Assembly (NCBI RefSeq): GCF_004010195.1 | Contig: NC_057720.1 | Location: 13,719,189 to 13,783,188 of the forward strand | Source: Chiloscyllium plagiosum | Taxonomy: Eukaryota | Direction: 5' to 3' | Length of the DNA: 64,000 bases | Shown: in pieces, positions 63,127-64,000 of the stretch | Numbering within the stretch: the stretch's first letter is position 1 | How the letters are laid out: each line of letters starts with the position of its first letter | Translations under genes and position numbers: made by a program | The notes under the pieces: generated by a model | Seen by the model: the letters and a program-made list of their open reading frames with translations, nothing else | What the model was told of the DNA's origin: nothing | Databases searched by the model: none

Positions 63127-63453
63127 AATCATAGAACGCTTACAGTGCGGAAGTGGGCCATTAGGCCCATCGAGTCCACACCGACCCTCCAAAAAGCATC
63201 CCACTCAGACCCAATCTCTGTAACCCTGCATTTCCCATTGCTAATCCACCTAGCCTAAACAGTTCTGGACACTACGGGGTAATTTAGCATGGCCAATCCA
63301 CCTAACTTGCACATCTTTGGACTGTGGGAGGACACCGGAGCACCCGGAGGAAACCCGCGTGGACATGGGGAGAATGTGCAAACTCCACACAGACAGTTGG
63401 ACAAGGATAGATTTGAGCCAGGTCCGTGGCGCTGTGAGGCAGCACCCCACCAT
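63127..63453 (-). mobile_element. V-SINE inserted in the second non-LTR family 3' region (62860-63650)
   Basis: Reverse-complement V-domain ggacaccggagcacccggaggaaacccgc..aatgtgcaaactccacacagac. Confidence 0.9.
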
Positions 63454-64000
63454 AGTGTCATAGTATCTTTTAGTGTTGTGGGGTCAGAACATTGGAACTC
63501 CATATCTAACAGTACTGTGAGTACTTCTTATGACAAATGGACAACAGCAGATCAAGAAGACAGCTTATAGTCACCATCTCCAGGCTAATCTCCAGGGAAA
63601 TAAATGTTGGCCTGACCAGTGACCCACTTTTCATGAATCAATTTTTAAAAATTGTCTTTGTCAGCAAAGAACTTCCAAGTTGGGAAACAAGTCTTGGAGA
63701 ATGGGAACAATTGTGACAGGAGTTACTTGAAGGGTCAAGGGGTGGTTTTATGGAGTCTTATCAAAGTTGAAAGGGTTACAGCAAGGCTTAGGGTTTTAGG
63801 GCAAAGTTTCCAGAATTCAGGGATATCAGAGTTGAGATTCTGACACTGATTACCGAAAGGAGAGTTGGGAGGCAGAGGGTGGATGAAGGAGGGCAGTAGA
63901 TTGAGAAACCCCACACTGACTGGAATGGAAGGCAGGGAAAACACAGATGAGGTGGGATGAGGTTTCATAAGGATTTATAACTTAAGGATAATAATTCTGT

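Overview
Eukaryotic, repeat-dense non-coding DNA, almost certainly from a cartilaginous fish (shark). The diagnostic repeats are HE1-type V-SINEs, HER1/CR1-type LINEs sharing their 3' tail, and SacSINE1-like Deu-domain SINEs. I find no intact protein-coding gene, rRNA, true tRNA or CRISPR array. Most ORFs in the track are decayed CR1 ORF2 pieces or read-throughs of SINE and Penelope repeats; the rest match nothing I recognise. The window is a layered mosaic of CR1 LINEs, three or four SINE families, Tx1 and Rex1/Babar 3' ends, and many Penelope-like (PLE) terminal fragments, with one 419-N gap (26674-27092). Most notable observations: (1) four sequence families of minimal hammerhead ribozymes in PLE termini, often as short fold-back palindromes with target-site duplications; (2) a CR1 copy (~52740-52990) with dense T>C changes, i.e. 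A>G on its sense strand, resembling ADAR hyper-editing fixed by retrotransposition; (3) a ~400-bp local templated insertion replacing the RT core of a CR1; (4) a SINE head bracketed by a perfect 57-bp direct repeat; (5) a possible very old hAT/TTF zinc-finger fossil. Repeat boundaries were judged by eye (about +/-10-30 bp), and family names come from recognising motifs, not from a database search.
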